Assembly (NCBI GenBank): GCA_031835245.2
Contig: JAVKOQ020000087.1
Location: forward strand, 1 to 64,000
Length of the DNA stretch: 64,000 nucleotides
Direction of reading: 5' to 3'
DNA from: Balamuthia mandrillaris
Taxonomy: Eukaryota
The translations under genes and the position numbers were made by a program. Shown in pieces: positions 24,601-43,783 of the stretch (its first letter is position 1; every line of letters begins with the position of its first letter). A model generated the notes under the pieces. The model had not been told where the DNA came from. It saw only the letters and a program-made list of their open reading frames with translations, and did not search any database.

Positions 24601-26162
24601 GCAAGAACTCAAGGACATCAAACTTCAGTACTTTGTCTACGCCAAACTCAAGTTTTATCTCAACAACTCCTTTGACGATACGGTGCTACAAACGTTCCTC
24701 GCTTGTAATATACTATCTCTTCAAGCGGCCGCACAGAATGGCGATCCTAAGCTTTCCCCTCTTTCAACTTTTGATGGTGATGAAGAAGAGGAGGATAAAG
24801 AACAAACGCGAGAAGCATCACACACAACAAAAGCCTCAGAAGCAGAACGTGCTAAGAAAGCTCAACCAAAGAAAAGTGGAGTTTTTTCCTTCCTTTTCTC
24901 TTCTGGGTCGGCTCCATCATCATCATCATCATCTACTTCAGGGCTGTCTTCAACGCCAACAAAACCTCTTTTTCAACAATTGGACGAAAAAGGCGTGGCA
25001 CAAATCATAGCAGAGTACGAAAACGACAAAAGTGCAGTGGTTTGTGTTTGCAGAAGCTTCGCTTTCGTTGATGACATCGTCTTGTGTCGACTCTGTCACC
25101 GCAAACAACGAGTCGTGCAACGCTTCATCAAAGAACAGCTGATAAGACTGCAACGTTCTGCTTTCTTCTCTCAAATGACGACTTTGCAACAAGAAACGAA
25201 CAATGAGTTTGTGAGTAGATCGAAAGAAGAGGAAGCGGGTAGAAGAGGAAAAACACCAACCAAACGCAAAGCGGCTGTGAAGAAAGCAGAGGGTGCAGAG
25301 ATAACGGATAAAAAGCTCGCAACGGTAACGGAAGAACGAGGAGGATGTTGCTCTCCCGAGGAAGCGGAAATGGCGGCAAATACCCTTACCAGGATTATCT
25401 TTGCTCGTCTCTATCCTTGGTATGTCTTTATTATATTTCTACTATTAAATGAGAGAGAGAGAGAGAGAGGAGATAGCAGATAATCATAGATTGACTACTT
25501 CTATTTTTATGTGCAGGCTTTGTCCATACACAAGAGATGACCAGGATTTAGAGGCTCTGTTTGAAAAAGCAGGTCAAGTCGATGACTCGTTGTTTCAGAT
25601 CCACCCCAAGTTTATGATCTTCGCTCCCTTCCAGTTAGCCCAACAAGGTTCATTCTTCTTGGCCTTTTGTTTTTTTGTTTTTTTTTTTGTCAAGGCTGAT
25701 GTTGGAGCAGCAATGCATGAGTTTGCACGGGCTCGCAGTCCTCGAGACAAGTATATGGCCATCGTTGCAGCTATGAAGCTTGTAAATAGTAAGTTATCAC
25801 TCCTGAAACAATCATTTTTGATCATCCTTTTTTTACCAACTATCCTTGAAAAGGTTATGTTCATCTTGTGACTGGAGAAGTTGCTCCAGAGGACAAGTAT
25901 CCCATCATTCTCTACGTGTTATACCATTGGTATCAAAGTTTTCCTGCTAACGAGCGGCCTCGGATTTTTGGCTACACTCAGTACTCTCTCCTCTCTCTCT
26001 CTCTCTCTCTCATAATCTCACCATACATTGCCGTTTGATAGATACATCAACTTGTACGCGGAGCTTACCCCTCTCGAACGGGATCAAATCATGAGTTTCT
26101 TCATGATGAGTAGATGTCTACTGGATGTACTCTCTCAACACATCGAAGAGACTCAATTGTGA
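21693..26162 (+). CDS. RasGAP-like domain + C-terminal VPS9-like domain protein (GAPVD1/RME-6-like architecture), multi-exon
   Basis: RasGAP-like: SVPYGIRWLA, GLIFQKWLFTGLLRPE, VRKNLSK/IATNL. VPS9-like: AMHEFARARSPRDKYMAIVAAMKLV, APEDKYPIILYVL. Confidence 0.7.
22575..22705. repeat. Intronic (TTGTTC)n/(TTC)n microsatellite
   Basis: Directly visible tandem repeats. Confidence 0.9.
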
Positions 26163-26455
26163 ATTTGGTAAACCAGATCTATTTATCCTTTATTCGAAAT
26201 TACTATGACATCACTATGGTCACCATTAGGAAATATTTTGTGTCCGTTCTCACAAACAATATTGTTGCGGGAGGCTTCACTTTGAAGAAGCTCTTATTCG
26301 TTATTTGAGAACTGCTGCTCTTCTTCGTCTTTCTTGGTACGGAGAGAAGAGAGGGAGTTGGGAACGAGTTTTGTAGGTAGTTTTTTTTTTCAGTTGTTTG
26401 GTGGTTTTTTCTGTTTGTACGTTCGGTTTTGTATCTTGCTTTGCCTCGCTCTTCG

Positions 26456-31670
<5,215 letters not shown>

Positions 31671-32253
31671 TATGTCCTGTCCTATTATTCCCTTGAGTTT
31701 TTTGTTTGTTGTTTGTTGTTTCTTTTTTTTAAAAAAAAAAACTCACGCAAGGGCTTTCGACACAAGGGAGAAGAGACACAAAGAAAAAAATGCGCCGCAC
31801 AAGACCGAGACAGAGAGAGAGACAGAGAAAGAGAGAGAGAGAAAGAGAAAGAGGAGGAGAGAGAAGAAGAGAGAGAGGAGAAGAGAGCCGAAGATCATAA
31901 CGTTGACCTATTTTAGGCCAATGATCGGCGATCGGCCCATCTTGATGGACAAAAAGGTATTTCGAAGAATTGTGGTGTGTGGTGTGTGGCGGGGAGTTTT
32001 TTCTTCTTTTCTTCTGTCTTTTCCTTCTTTATTTTGCACGCCGGCCGAACCAAACAACAACTACTCCACCGAACGCCTAAGCCAGTGAGGAGGAGGTTCG
32101 CCATCCCTTGCGCGCGTGTTTTTTCTCCTTCTAGCCCACGAATCACTTGATTAATTGTATCTTCTTCTTTTTGGTTTTTGAAAAATCAATAAGAGCAGCG
32201 AGCGATTTATTTCAAAACCGCACACACACATACACACACAAAAATAGGGCGCT

Positions 32254-34534
32254 ATGTTGCGTAAGATCTTTCCCGATTCAACTGGCAGTGAGGCTAGCAA
32301 CAATCCTTCTCCTGCCCCTCAGCAACAACCACCCCCCTCATCTACCACTAGCGCGGGAGCCTCATCTACCACACCTGCCGCTACGCCAACGCCTTCCTTT
32401 ACTCCGAGAAAGAGTGAGCGCAGCAAAGATGCATTGCCCTACGACCGCGTTCGAGGTGCCGTCGAAAATGAGAAGGAGCTCATGCGGATGATGGTGGAGC
32501 TCGGTGAGGAGAAGTTCAACCATCTTATGCACGTCAGCGAGGAGTACCTCAAAACCATGAAGGAAAGCCAGGTGCTCCAGAAGGAGATTGCTGCCAGCGC
32601 TGAGCGAAGGGCTCACGCGGAGCAGCAAGCCAAAGCTGAGGAAGAGATCACTAAGCGTGAACGACAGAGGTACTTTACACTTCACTCACTCTTGCTCTCG
32701 CTCTTTTCACTCATCTTTCTCTGTTTTTTAACAAACCAAAGGCAAGAACAACAGTTGAAGCAGATGCAGTTTAAGGCTAGAGAGGCGATGGAACTGGAAA
32801 AAATAAAGACACAGGAGGCCAAGAAGAGGATCGACTACCAAGTCCAAAAGCAAACGGAAGAGGAGGAAAAGCGCGAACGCATCCGGATAGAGACCAAGAA
32901 GGAGCTCAACCGGTTAGACGAGCAAAACCGTAAAGATAAAGAAGAGCAGGAGAAACGTAGGATGGAACGAGAAAAAGACTTGATGAAGTTTAGGCTGGAG
33001 GAGAAGACTCGCCTTCAACAACAGACAGAAAAAGACGTACGTTATCATTTACGCTCATTATCGTTCTGAAACCACATATTGATCCGTGGTTTCTTTTGTT
33101 TTTGTTTAGATGGCCGAGTTTAGGCTTTCGAACGAGCTGAAAAAACACGAAGCAACGAAAGCTGACATGCTTGCCAAAGAAGTGGAACTGAAAAAAGTGG
33201 AAATGCAAGCGGAAGTCGATAAAGAAAACATCCGATGGAACAAGATCAATGACTTCTTCACTGGAGAGCAGGGCCGTGAGCACATGTACAACATTGGTGG
33301 CTTGGCGGCCGGCACCATTGCCACTCTCTACTTTTTCAAGACAGTCACCCCGTTGGCTAAAAGGGGACTGAGGAATTATTTCTTCAAGCCTACCCTCGTC
33401 AGTCGTTCCGTCAAGTACACACCCTTGAGCAAGCTTGGCCTTCGTTCTATCGTAAGTTTTCTCTTCCCTCTCTCTCTCTCTCTCTCTCCCTGTCGCTCTC
33501 TCTCTCCTATTTGCTCTTCTCTTTATACTAGCTGGTTATTTAGTATTTTGTTTGTTTTTCAATACACAGACGAGTTTGGTCAAGAAAGAACAGCCGCGGC
33601 CTGAAGTTGTTATGCAGCCCCGCTTGCAACAACGTCTGAATGAGGTGATAGAGGGCACCCGCAACACAGCTCAGCGAGGAGGTCTCTTTGGTCACATGCT
33701 GCTGTATGGACGTCCAGGCACTGGCAAAACTCTCTTTGCTGAGAAGCTGGCGTTCGATTCACGGATGGACTTTGCCGTGATGAGCGGTCCTTCCTTTGAC
33801 CAGTTCTCCTCCAAAGATGCCATCATCGAAATCAAGAACCTTTTCCGCTGGGCCAACAACAGTCGACGAGTACCTATCTTCGCTCTTTCCCCCTCTCCCC
33901 TTTCTCCCTTCCTTTCTTTATTGACGTTTTTTTTTTGTTTGAACAAAAGGGATTGTTATTGTTTGTGGATGAAGCAGACTCTTTCTTGGAGGACCGTCGC
34001 ACGCTGCGTAGGGACAGAGTAACGGTGCTAAACGAATGGCTCAACCAAACGGGCACGGAGAGCCGCAAGTTCATGTGTGTATACGAGACTAACCGGCCAC
34101 ACGTGCTGGACCCTGCAATCCAATCCCGTATCACCCGAAGCATCGAGATAACTCCGCCCACCAAAGCAGAGCTGCTGCGCATGCTGGAGCAGTACATCCA
34201 TCTGTACGTGTTGCGGGAGTTGGACTTTAGCAAGCACCCCAAGTATCACCTCCTCCACAAGAAAGGGCACGTTTCCAGCGAGGAGCTGGCCGAGTTGGAA
34301 TTGGAGCTGCCGCAGATAGCGGAGAAGTTGGAAGGGGCGGGCTTTGTGGGCCGTGATGTCAGCAACTTGACCATCGCCTTGGCGCAGGCCATCTACGCCG
34401 AGCCCAAGTTTGAGCTCACCAAGGGCCTGTTGGATAGGGTTGTGGAGGAGCAGATCGTGAAGAAGGAGCAGGAGAACAAGTACTTGGAGAAGACACCAAA
34501 GCAACAGTCGGCGAAGCTGGCTTGGACCGCTTAA
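32254..34534 (+). CDS. ATAD3: ATAD3-like mitochondrial AAA+ ATPase, spliced
   Basis: Coiled-coil N-terminus, TM segment, KPTLV, Walker A LLYGRPGTGKT, MDFAVMSG, LFRWA..RRGLLLFVDEADSFL, TNRP..LDPAIQSRI, GFVGRDV. Confidence 0.85.
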
Positions 34535-34698
34535 CGTTTCTTGGTTTATTTATTATTTTTTGAGCTATTATCCAATCAAAAATCAAAAACAAATGCGGAA
34601 ACTTGGCAAGGCGGCGCAAAGATCATAAGATCTAAGGACAACGAAAAAAGAGGAGAGGGAGGGAGGGAGAGAGAGAGAGAGAGCGTGAGTGAAAAGAA

Positions 34699-37673
34699 AT
34701 GCGGGGAGAGCGCGACGATGAAACCGCGGTTACGGATATCGTGGCGGGGCAAACTAAAACCCTACAAAACGTTCCGCAACAACAAAACCACTTTACGGTT
34801 TGATGTGTTTTCGTTTTGTTTGAAAACAAACTTTGCTTCATGTCTGAACTGGTGATGATGAATCGGTTTCTTTGTTCGAAAAAAAATAGGTGAGAGCAGT
34901 GACAGTTGGTCTGTTGGTGGGAGGCTTGATGTGTTTCAGCAACATGTACTTTGGTTTACAAACGGGTTGGGTTACGATGGGCTCTCTTCAGTCCACCCTC
35001 ATTGGCTTTGCCATCTTCAAGCTGCTCTCTCGGTTTCTACCTTCCTTTCGGTATTTCTTTCTTCCTTTTTATGCTTGGGGGTTTTGTCTTTTCTTTTGAA
35101 CGAACCAAAAAAAAAGCGACTTCGGACCGATTGAGAATGTGATTCTTCAGACAACGGCTGTTGCGACGGCGACGATGCCCCTCGCTGGAGGCTTTGTTGG
35201 CATCATCCCTGCCCTCACTTTGTGGTACAAAGAAGAAGGCAAGGAGGACGTTGCGTCGTTGCATTGGACTTCCCTCCTGGTGTGGACGATGAGCATCGCG
35301 TTCTTCGGTGTTTTCTTTGCTGTTCCGCTCCGTACTCAAACCATCCTTCGAGAGAAACTTAAGTTCGTTCCCCACTTCTGCTTCTGCCCTCTGTCTTATC
35401 TTTTCCTTGTCACTCATTTCCTTCTTTAAAGATTTCCATCAGGAACAGCGACAGCACAAATGATAAAAGTGCTGCACAAACAACCGGACTACAGTGACCC
35501 TTCCTTCGCAACGCTCAATCCATTTTTTGAACGAGACCAAAGCTATCTCCACCATGGCCAAGTCATCGAGCTTGATGAGTTTTCGTCCTCTTCCTCTTCT
35601 CCCTCCTCTTCTTCCACTCCCTCTCCTTCCTCTTCATTTTCCTTTCGTGGGCCAAAAGATATGAAAGACGAACTTACTCTTTATGATGACGATGAAGACG
35701 AACCACAACTAACAGAAGAATCAACTATTTCTCGCCAGCGACTTAAACACGAAGAAGAAGGAGAAGATATGATGGTCCCAATGAGCATTGGTAGCGACCA
35801 CCATGGATCCCAGCAACAAGAATGGAGCAAAACATGGAAAATATTCGGAGTTGCTTTCTTTCTTTCCAGCAGTTATATATTCCTGGCTTACTTCTTTCCA
35901 TTTCTCGCAAATGTACCTATATTTTCGTGGTTGGGCTTCTCAGCTGCGACCGAATTTTACTGGACTATAACTCCTTCCCTTAGCTACGTTGGACAGGGAA
36001 TGATCATGGGCACACGGTACATTATATACTCTATTCTTCACTACGTGTTTGTTTATTATTCCGCTTCTCTGCTGACCGTAGCTTCTCGATGTCCTTGTTT
36101 CTTTTGCAAATTTATTTTGTCTATTCTGCAAGAACGGGTTTGTCGATGTTAGCTGGTGCATTGTTTGGATGGGCGTTTCTAGCGCCGCTGGCTAAATACC
36201 AGGGCTGGGCTCCCGGCAAGGTCAGCGATTGGGAGAACGGGGCTAAAGGGTACATAGTTTGTCATAACCTTTCCAAATTTTCCGTATCTAATTTCTTCTG
36301 TCTCTGCTCTGTTATGTTTTGTTACCTCTCTCACATTTCAGATGGATTCTTTGGGTTTCTTTATCGATAATGCTTTCAGAAGCACTTGTATCGCTATCAG
36401 CATTACTGCTGCGGTACGCCTTGAAACTCTATCTACAGTCCAACTATCGCCGCGGTACATTGCCCCAGTGCAATTGGACCTCATTCGTTTTATCTTACAC
36501 CTCTCTCTCTCTTTCTCTCAATAGCAAACAAACACAATCCATCTAAACAAGAGGAAGACGAAGATCCAGCGCCACCTAACCAGCAAGTGCCTCGCAGCTG
36601 GTGGCTAACAGGTCTCGTTTTGTCCTCTCTTCTTTGTTGGGCTGTGGTTACCCCTCTCTTCTCGCTGCCAATCTACGAACCTATTCTCGCCGTCATCATT
36701 GCACTGCTAGTATCTGTGTTGGCAGTGCGAGCCCTTGGGGAGACGGATTTGAACCCTGTCAGCGGCGTTGGAAAACTGTCTCAAGTCATCTTTGCGGGCA
36801 TTGCTCCTGGCCACATTGTCTCCAATCTTATTGCTGGGGCCATTGCCGAAGGTTCCTTATTTTCTTCATTTGTTCTCTCCTTTTTGCCTCCTTAGTGGTT
36901 GCTTATCTTAAAAACATAAACTTGCAGCCGGAGCACAACAGGCAGGAGATATGATGCAAGACCTTAAAACGGGACACCTGCTAAGAGCCTCGCCCAGAGC
37001 CCAATTTTTCGGTCAGCTGATAGGAACATTTTTCTCTGCATTTTTTGCTGTTGGGGCTTATCTTCTCTATACGAGTGCTTACGAAGTACCTGGGCCTCAA
37101 TTTCCCGTTCCGACTGCTAAAGTAACACTTCCACCATAATTCTTGTTATGTTTCTGTACTTCGTCGATTGTTTGTTTGCTAGAATGGGCTTGTCTGATTT
37201 TTGCTTTATAGATATGGCTGGACATGGCGAAAGCTGTTTCGGGAGAGCATATAACCCTTCATGGCGTAATCTGGTGCTGCGCTGGCATGTCCGTTATTGC
37301 AGGTACCCAACCCATTTCTCATTTCTCTCTTTCTCTCTCCAAGTTGTCTAATTTACACAAACAAAAAGGAATGTTGCCGATTCTTGCGATTGTACTGCGA
37401 CGAGAGCATGCACAGTACCTGCCCTCTGGCATAGCTTTTGCCGTGGCCATGTACGTGACACCCAACTGGACGATGCCAAGAGTGGTTGGAGCCATCCTGC
37501 ATTACTGTTGGGCGCGCTACAGGCCACGGTCGCATGAAAAGTACATGATCGTAGTGGCGTCTGGACTGGTCTTGGGCGAGGGCGTTTGTTCCATCTTGGT
37601 TGCTTTGCTTAAGACAGCTGGTGTGAGTCCTCTTTCTTGTTTGGGCTGTGCTCCTGGCCTCTGTTCTTGTTGA
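34699..37673 (+). CDS. OPT-superfamily oligopeptide/metal-chelate transporter (YSL-like clade), multi-exon
   Basis: FT/VRAV..NMYFGLQTGWVTMGSLQ, ENVILQTTAVATATMPLAGGFVGIIPAL, LKFPSGTATA, ALGETDLNPVSGVGKLSQ, DMMQDLKTGHL..SPRAQF. Confidence 0.95.
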
Positions 37674-37965
37674 GCATTAAACTGGACGTCAAATTGCCAC
37701 CCCTTTTATCCAAACAAACAAGGCCAAACCCTCCGCATCGCACAACACCTTCCACGGAAGAAAAGGCAAGCAAGGAATATACCAGATCAATTTGTCCGCA
37801 CTAATTACTCCGATGATCAAGATCAATTTTACGTATGTAGACACTTGAGGAGTTACGCACTAGTTTTTTGTTTGGAACAAAAAAGAAAGAGAGGAGAAGC
37901 TTCAGGCTCTCTACCCAAGATTGCAATACATTCCTCTTGCGCCTCTGGGCCAAACCTTTTAAGCA

Positions 37966-39298
37966 ATGTTGAGACGGGTTTCTATCTTGCAGTCTGCCTC
38001 TTCGGCGTCGCCCAAGTTGTTCGCAGGTCGCCTTACATCAGCGACGATGAGGCCGGCCGCTTGGATGCCTGCCCGCAGTCTATTCAGTGCGTTTTTTGTG
38101 CTTTGCGTGGCCGTTATTGTCTTTCTCGTCGTATATTCCACTCTAAACCTCTATTTCCTTTTTTTTTTGTTTCACGAACAGAGTTGAACGAGAACAGAGA
38201 AGCGCCAAAAGATGGAGGTAACATTTTCTTTTCGCACAGCTTGCTTTTTCTGTGATGTTCCTCTTTGCTCACTTGTTTCTTGTTTTTAATATTTGTAGTG
38301 GTGGAGTTTCAAATCTATCGTTGGTCCGCTGACGAGAAAGAAAAGCCCTACGTTCAAGAATACAAAGTGAACATCAACGACTGTGCACCGATGGTTCTCG
38401 ACGCACTGTTCAAAATTAAGAACGAGCAGGATCCTACTCTTACCTTCCGCAGGTAGTACTTCTCTTCTCTTCACTTTCTCCCCCTTACATGCTCTTCTAT
38501 TCTGGTCTCGCTCCTTACTCTTCTCTCTTTCAATTTCTCTCTCTCCTCTCTCCTTCTCTCTCGCTCTCTCCTTCCCTCTTCTTCCTCTCTCTCCCTTCTC
38601 TCCTCTCACCATTTCACGCTCTCTCGCTCTCTCGCTCTCCATGATCATTCCGCATTTGGTTTCATACTGATTTGTTTCCGATGTGAAGATCCTGCCGTGA
38701 GGGCATTTGTGGCAGCTGTGCTATGAACATTGATGGCTCCAACACCTTGGCCTGCCTGAAGCCCATCCGCGAGTCCATCGTGGACGGTAAGGTCAAGATC
38801 TTCCCCCTGCCTCACCTCAACGTCATCAAGGATCTCGTGCCAGACCTCTCCAACTTTTTCGAGCAACATAAGTCCATCCAGCCCTGGCTGCAAAGGAAGG
38901 ACGAGGACACCGTCAAGAACAGCAGCAAGGAACTCTACCAGTCCCGTGACGACCGCAAGAAGCTGGATGGCCTCTACGAGTGCATCCTCTGCGCCTGCTG
39001 CTCTACCAGCTGTCCCAGCTACTGGTGGAACGGCGACGAGAAGTACCTGGGTCCTGCCGTGCTGCTGCAGGCCTACCGTTGGATTGCTGACTCTAGGGAT
39101 CAGGCCAAGACAGAGCGCATACGGGCCTTGGCCGAGCAAGAGCTCAAGGTCTATGCCTGCCATACCATCATGAACTGTACCAAGGCCTGTCCTAAGCACT
39201 TGAATCCCGCCTTGGCCATCGCCAAGATCAAGAAGATGAGCTTGGAACAGCACCAGCAACAAATGAAACAGGCCCTTGACGCTTCTGCCTCTGCTTGA
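37966..39298 (+). CDS. SDHB: Succinate dehydrogenase iron-sulfur subunit, mitochondrial precursor, spliced
   Basis: Presequence [89 protein letters not shown]. Confidence 0.98.
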
Positions 39299-39428
39299 AC
39301 TCTCCCCTTAATGAATTTTTCTTGTTTTTGTTACTGTTATTTTTTTTGCCACCTTTTTTTGTCCCTGTTCCTCAATCGTCCCCACCATTCTCTTCCTCAT
39401 CCAATCTTCTCCCTCTCCCCTCCTCTCT

Positions 39429-39465
<37 letters not shown>

Positions 39466-39837
39466 CTCTCTCTTGCTCTTTGGTTATCTATGAGCCTATT
39501 ACTCTAAATATCAACCGCGGATGAACCTAATAGACGAGGCGACCAATTAAGAAACGACCACCAAAAGGGCCAAAAAGGCATTCGCCACGAAAACCATGGA
39601 GAGTTTCTGTGTAGAAGGACTGTAGTGCCCTCATGGTGGCTGCCTGTCTGCTCTCTCCTCCCTGCGGCTCTGCTCGCGCTGCGGCGTTGTTTTGTGGGGG
39701 CGTGCCCCCCACTTGGTGATTGCAAAAGGAGTGGGGGGGAGAGGGAAGAAAAAACAAACAAGCAGACCGTTAGGAAAGGATCATGCAGTGAGAAAGGGTA
39801 GAGGGGGAGTGGCAAAAGACTTGGTCGTGTGGTGGTG

Positions 39838-42618
39838 ATGGCGTTTGATGAGCGGAGGAAAACATCAACAATAACAACGAAAAGGAGCCTTCGACACAAT
39901 GAGCAGATGCGGAGTAGCAGAAACGTAGAAAGAGAACCCAAAATCTCAACCTTTCGAACAACAAACTATGGAGACAATGATCACAGATTCGACAACCACA
40001 ACTACAAGAACAACAACAACAAAAGACGGTGGCGCCTCAAGTTTGACAAGAACACTCTTCTTTCTCTTTGGTGTGTCACCCTATGCTTCTTCTTCTTTAT
40101 GAATATCAGTGCAGCAGCTACCATCCGATGGAAACAACCCAAGAGCGGCCTTTGGCATGATGCCAAAAACTGGCTGCCCCCAAGGGTGCCCAACATGGAT
40201 GACGACGTGTTCATCACGGTGGAGGGACCTCCTTACGAAGTAGCTCTTGAGGCATTCCCCTCTGTTACTTCTGCGTCGACCTTTAGTTCTTTCGCAATGA
40301 TGGCAAAGAGCCCCAAGAATCAGAGCATCAGCAACGGCAGCAGTAGGCTTGTGACCATAAGAAGCTTGACATTGGGCGGCGCGCAGTCCTCTCGGCAGAA
40401 GATTGACGACTTTGAACTTCCATATGGGTTCGTCTTTGTGTTGTTTATGTTTGTTTTTGACTGGACCTCACTCCAAAGTAACCAAAAAGATGGAAAGATC
40501 CGGAGCTAGCGCAACGAACGCATCAACTTAGAGTTAGCTCTTTCACGGTCTTGAACGTGCGCACTTTTATACGGATGGAGCGAAAGGGCCTATTAAACCT
40601 GCGACCGTTATGGTCAGAAGGAGCAGTGGCAGAATTGGAAGAAGCTGTTGAAGCCGCCACTTCAGCTGGCAGGGGTGTAAAACAAGGAGGTGGAAAACCG
40701 ACAATAACAAACCATCCGGGTTTGGTGGCCAGCGAACGACCCAAAGTCTTGTTTGGAAGCAGATTTGTGAACTCTGGGGGCGCTGTGGTTGGCAACGGGG
40801 ACATTGAAGGTCCTTCATTCTTAAATGGAGGATTGGTTTCCTCATCTTGGTACGTCCAAAGAAATGATAGAAGCGCAAAGAGAAAGAAAGAGAGAGAGAG
40901 AGAGAGGAGAGAAGCATAATGTTGGATTCATTCTGACTCAATTTGGTCGTAGGTGGCTGGAGCCATGGGGCGCTGAACCGGACATCGGTGAACTTAACAT
41001 TGAAAGCAACTATGCACAATATCCGTTTGGCCTGGCTAGCATAGATGTTGTGGTTGATGAGCAGCATCGGAAACAACATGGCCAGGTGCGTGTTCTATCT
41101 CTGAGTGTATCTTTCTTCAATCCTTTTCACCTTATTCTTTTTTCAAAAAAATCATACAGATTAATATTATCGGTCAGGACATTGTACTCAATGGAAGCCT
41201 GAAAGTTAACGTGTGGGGACCTTACGGTTTGGAGGGATTGATGCCCGATTGGATTCAGGTTCTCACTTTCACCAGCAAGGCGGCTATCAGTGATAGTTTC
41301 AACTTGAAAGTTTTGGAACAGGGCGATACCCAAGCGCCCTCTATTCTGTGCGACCGTTGTGAGTCGTATCGACAGGAACAATGTTACAGTGGTATATCTC
41401 CCTTTTCTTTTTTCTTTTTGTGTTTTTCTTGCTAACGTCTATGCTATAGCTGATTGTTATAAAGACTACTATCAGCTCAATGCTTATTCCTGCGATCCGC
41501 TGTGTTCGTCCACTGAGGCACCAGTTGAGGAAGGAGATGAAGGTGCGGGATTTGCATACGATGATGTCGTAGTCGGTCCCGAGGGAGAAGGTCTGCGTGT
41601 GGAGCATTGTACCCAGACCTTTGGTATTGGAATTTTGATAGGCGTCGAGCAGGAAGGTGGCTGTGACGAATGTCCCAGCGGGTATATTCTTTTCTAGTTG
41701 TATCTTCTTTTCGTAAAACCATATTTCTAACCTTCACTCACAGGTATTATAGAGTAGATGGAGTATGTACAGCATGGTGCGACGTAAACAACTGCTATTC
41801 ACACGGCTTCTGTGTAACAGACGTGGAGGGCGTTGTGCCTTACTGTCTTTGCGACGAAGGCTGGAAGGGCACCTCCTGCAACATTCAGGATTGTCCAGGC
41901 ACTCCCGACTGTCTCGGTCGTGGCAAATGTGTGGGCAACGATGGCCCTCCTCAATGTGTTTGTGATGAAGGGTGGAGTGGTGCTGATTGTGGTAGGTGGA
42001 CGGGTTATGGTGATCCCCCAGTTGGTACGAAAAATTATTTCCTTCCTTTCCTCCTCCTCTCCTCTCTCTCTCTCTCTCTCTCTCTTCAAGTCTAATACGC
42101 TTGTTTGCAGCATCGGGGGATTGTCCATTGGGTGTTGGAGACCTACAATGCAGCGGACGAGGGCATTGCGACACCTCCACTCAGCCTCATACTTGTGTAT
42201 GCGATCCGGGCTGGGAAGGCACTATTGACTGTTCAGGTATGTCGTCGTCCTTCTTCCTCTGCTTTCTTTTCTTCTCTGTCAGCCTCTTCCTTTCATTCTC
42301 ACCATGAAAATAACTCAAACAGGAAAATGCAAGAATAACTGTTTCTCACGTGGTACATGCGTGACTTCGACTTCTTCTGCACCTATTTGTGACTGCAATG
42401 TCGGTTGGCAAGGAAGTGATTGTTCGAAGCTGATCGGTGATGATGGCAGCAACTCTGAAACTACGGACCTCCTCGTGATCATAGGATCCACCGTTGGAGG
42501 AACTGTTGTCCTGTTGACTGTGGTCATCATCGTGGTTGGGACGCTTGTGTCGGGCAAGGTTCGTGGTTGGAAGTCCGCACGGCAGAGGGACAAAAGAAAG
42601 AACGAGATCAACTTTTGA
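39838..42618 (+). CDS. Type-I membrane/surface protein with tandem EGF-like repeats, multi-exon
   Basis: Hydrophobic signal-like segment, W..AKNW...VP..DDDVFI motif, repeats such as CYSHGFC..CLCDEGWKGTSC, CLGRGKC..CVCDEGWSGADC, CSGRGHC, CFSRGTC. C-terminal TM helix then a basic tail. Start codon uncertain. Confidence 0.8.
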
Positions 42619-42758
42619 AATGATGTAAGAAGAATTTTGTTTTTTTGTTTGTTTTTTGTTTATGTCTCAGAGGAGACTTTCATTTTGTTTATTTTCCACA
42701 GAAAGTTTAAAAAAATTAAAAGAAGAAAAGAACAAATTCTTTGCGCAAGAACGGAGAG

Positions 42759-43726
42759 ATGGAGAAGACGAGCGGGGAACAACACTTGCACTACAGTGAC
42801 TCGGAGGGCGGGCTGAAGGTAGTAGCCGCTCATGAGGTGGACCACTTGCTCCAAAAAGCGGCCGAGTTGCTCAACGGTCACTGGAAACAAGGAGAAGAGG
42901 TAAGGTTCGCTTCTTGATGAGGGCTATTCCTCCTCCTCCTCCTCCTCCTCCTCCTCCTCCTCCTCCTCTCTCTCTCTCTCTCTCCGTTGGTGTTTTCAAA
43001 TATTTCTGAAAGACACGGTAGATTGGCAGGTCTTAGAAAATCTTGTGATACGTTTCCTTTGCACTTGCTGCTGGTAGATGCTGAAGAGAACGTATTGGCG
43101 CACAGCAAACTTAGTCATGTGGACAGTCATAACGGCCAAGGCGAGGCTGCACTCATCGAATCTGGTGCGTTTGTCTTTTAAGTTCCCTCCTCTTGTGCTA
43201 TTGACAGTTCAACCGGTGATCAGTGATAGTGGACCCGACTTTACGTGGAAAGGGATTGGGTCGTATCATAATGGAAGCGACGGAAAAGGCTGCCATTGAG
43301 TAATACTCCCTTTCCACCTACCAGTCTTCTCATCTGCTTTCTTCTGGTTTTTGACCGGGCTACGGTTCCTCTTTTCTTTGGCGAAACATAGGCGACATTG
43401 CTTTACGCTGTACCTCTCCACAGCCGACAAACAGGAGTTCTATCGGCATCTGGGGTTCACCGAGTGTGAGCCCGTTACTTCCCTTGGTTCCAACGCCAAA
43501 CAAATTTCCAGCGCCCAGCTGTCGGCTCTTGCTCGGATCTTTGGAGGCCAAGGCGGACCGGTACTACTTGTTTCGCTAGCTTTTTGCAAACGCTGTACGT
43601 TTTACTTTGGCACATGCTCACTGTTCTTTGCTCTCCCAATTCTTTGTTTTCGTCTTCGCTTGTGCTGTGTGCAAACAGAAACAAGGCATCAACCAAACCT
43701 GGATGAAAAAAGTGCTACAGAATTAG
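42759..43726 (+). CDS. NAA80: GNAT N-acetyltransferase, NAA80 (NatH)-like, spliced
   Basis: AAELLNGHW..RLAGLRKSCDTFPLHLLL..IES/VIVDPTLRGKGLGRIIMEATE..LYLSTADKQEFYRHLGF..CEPV..WMKK, which follows the NAA80 motif order. Confidence 0.7.
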
Positions 43727-43783
43727 AACCATGTAAAAGCAAAGTTTTAACTGAGGTATCACCTTCTGTGTTATCCTCTTCCC

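Noticed and set aside
38645..39262. 205-aa antisense ORF over SDHB (similar ones over ATAD3 and the subtilisin)
   Set aside because: A shadow of GC3-rich codon usage on the coding strand.
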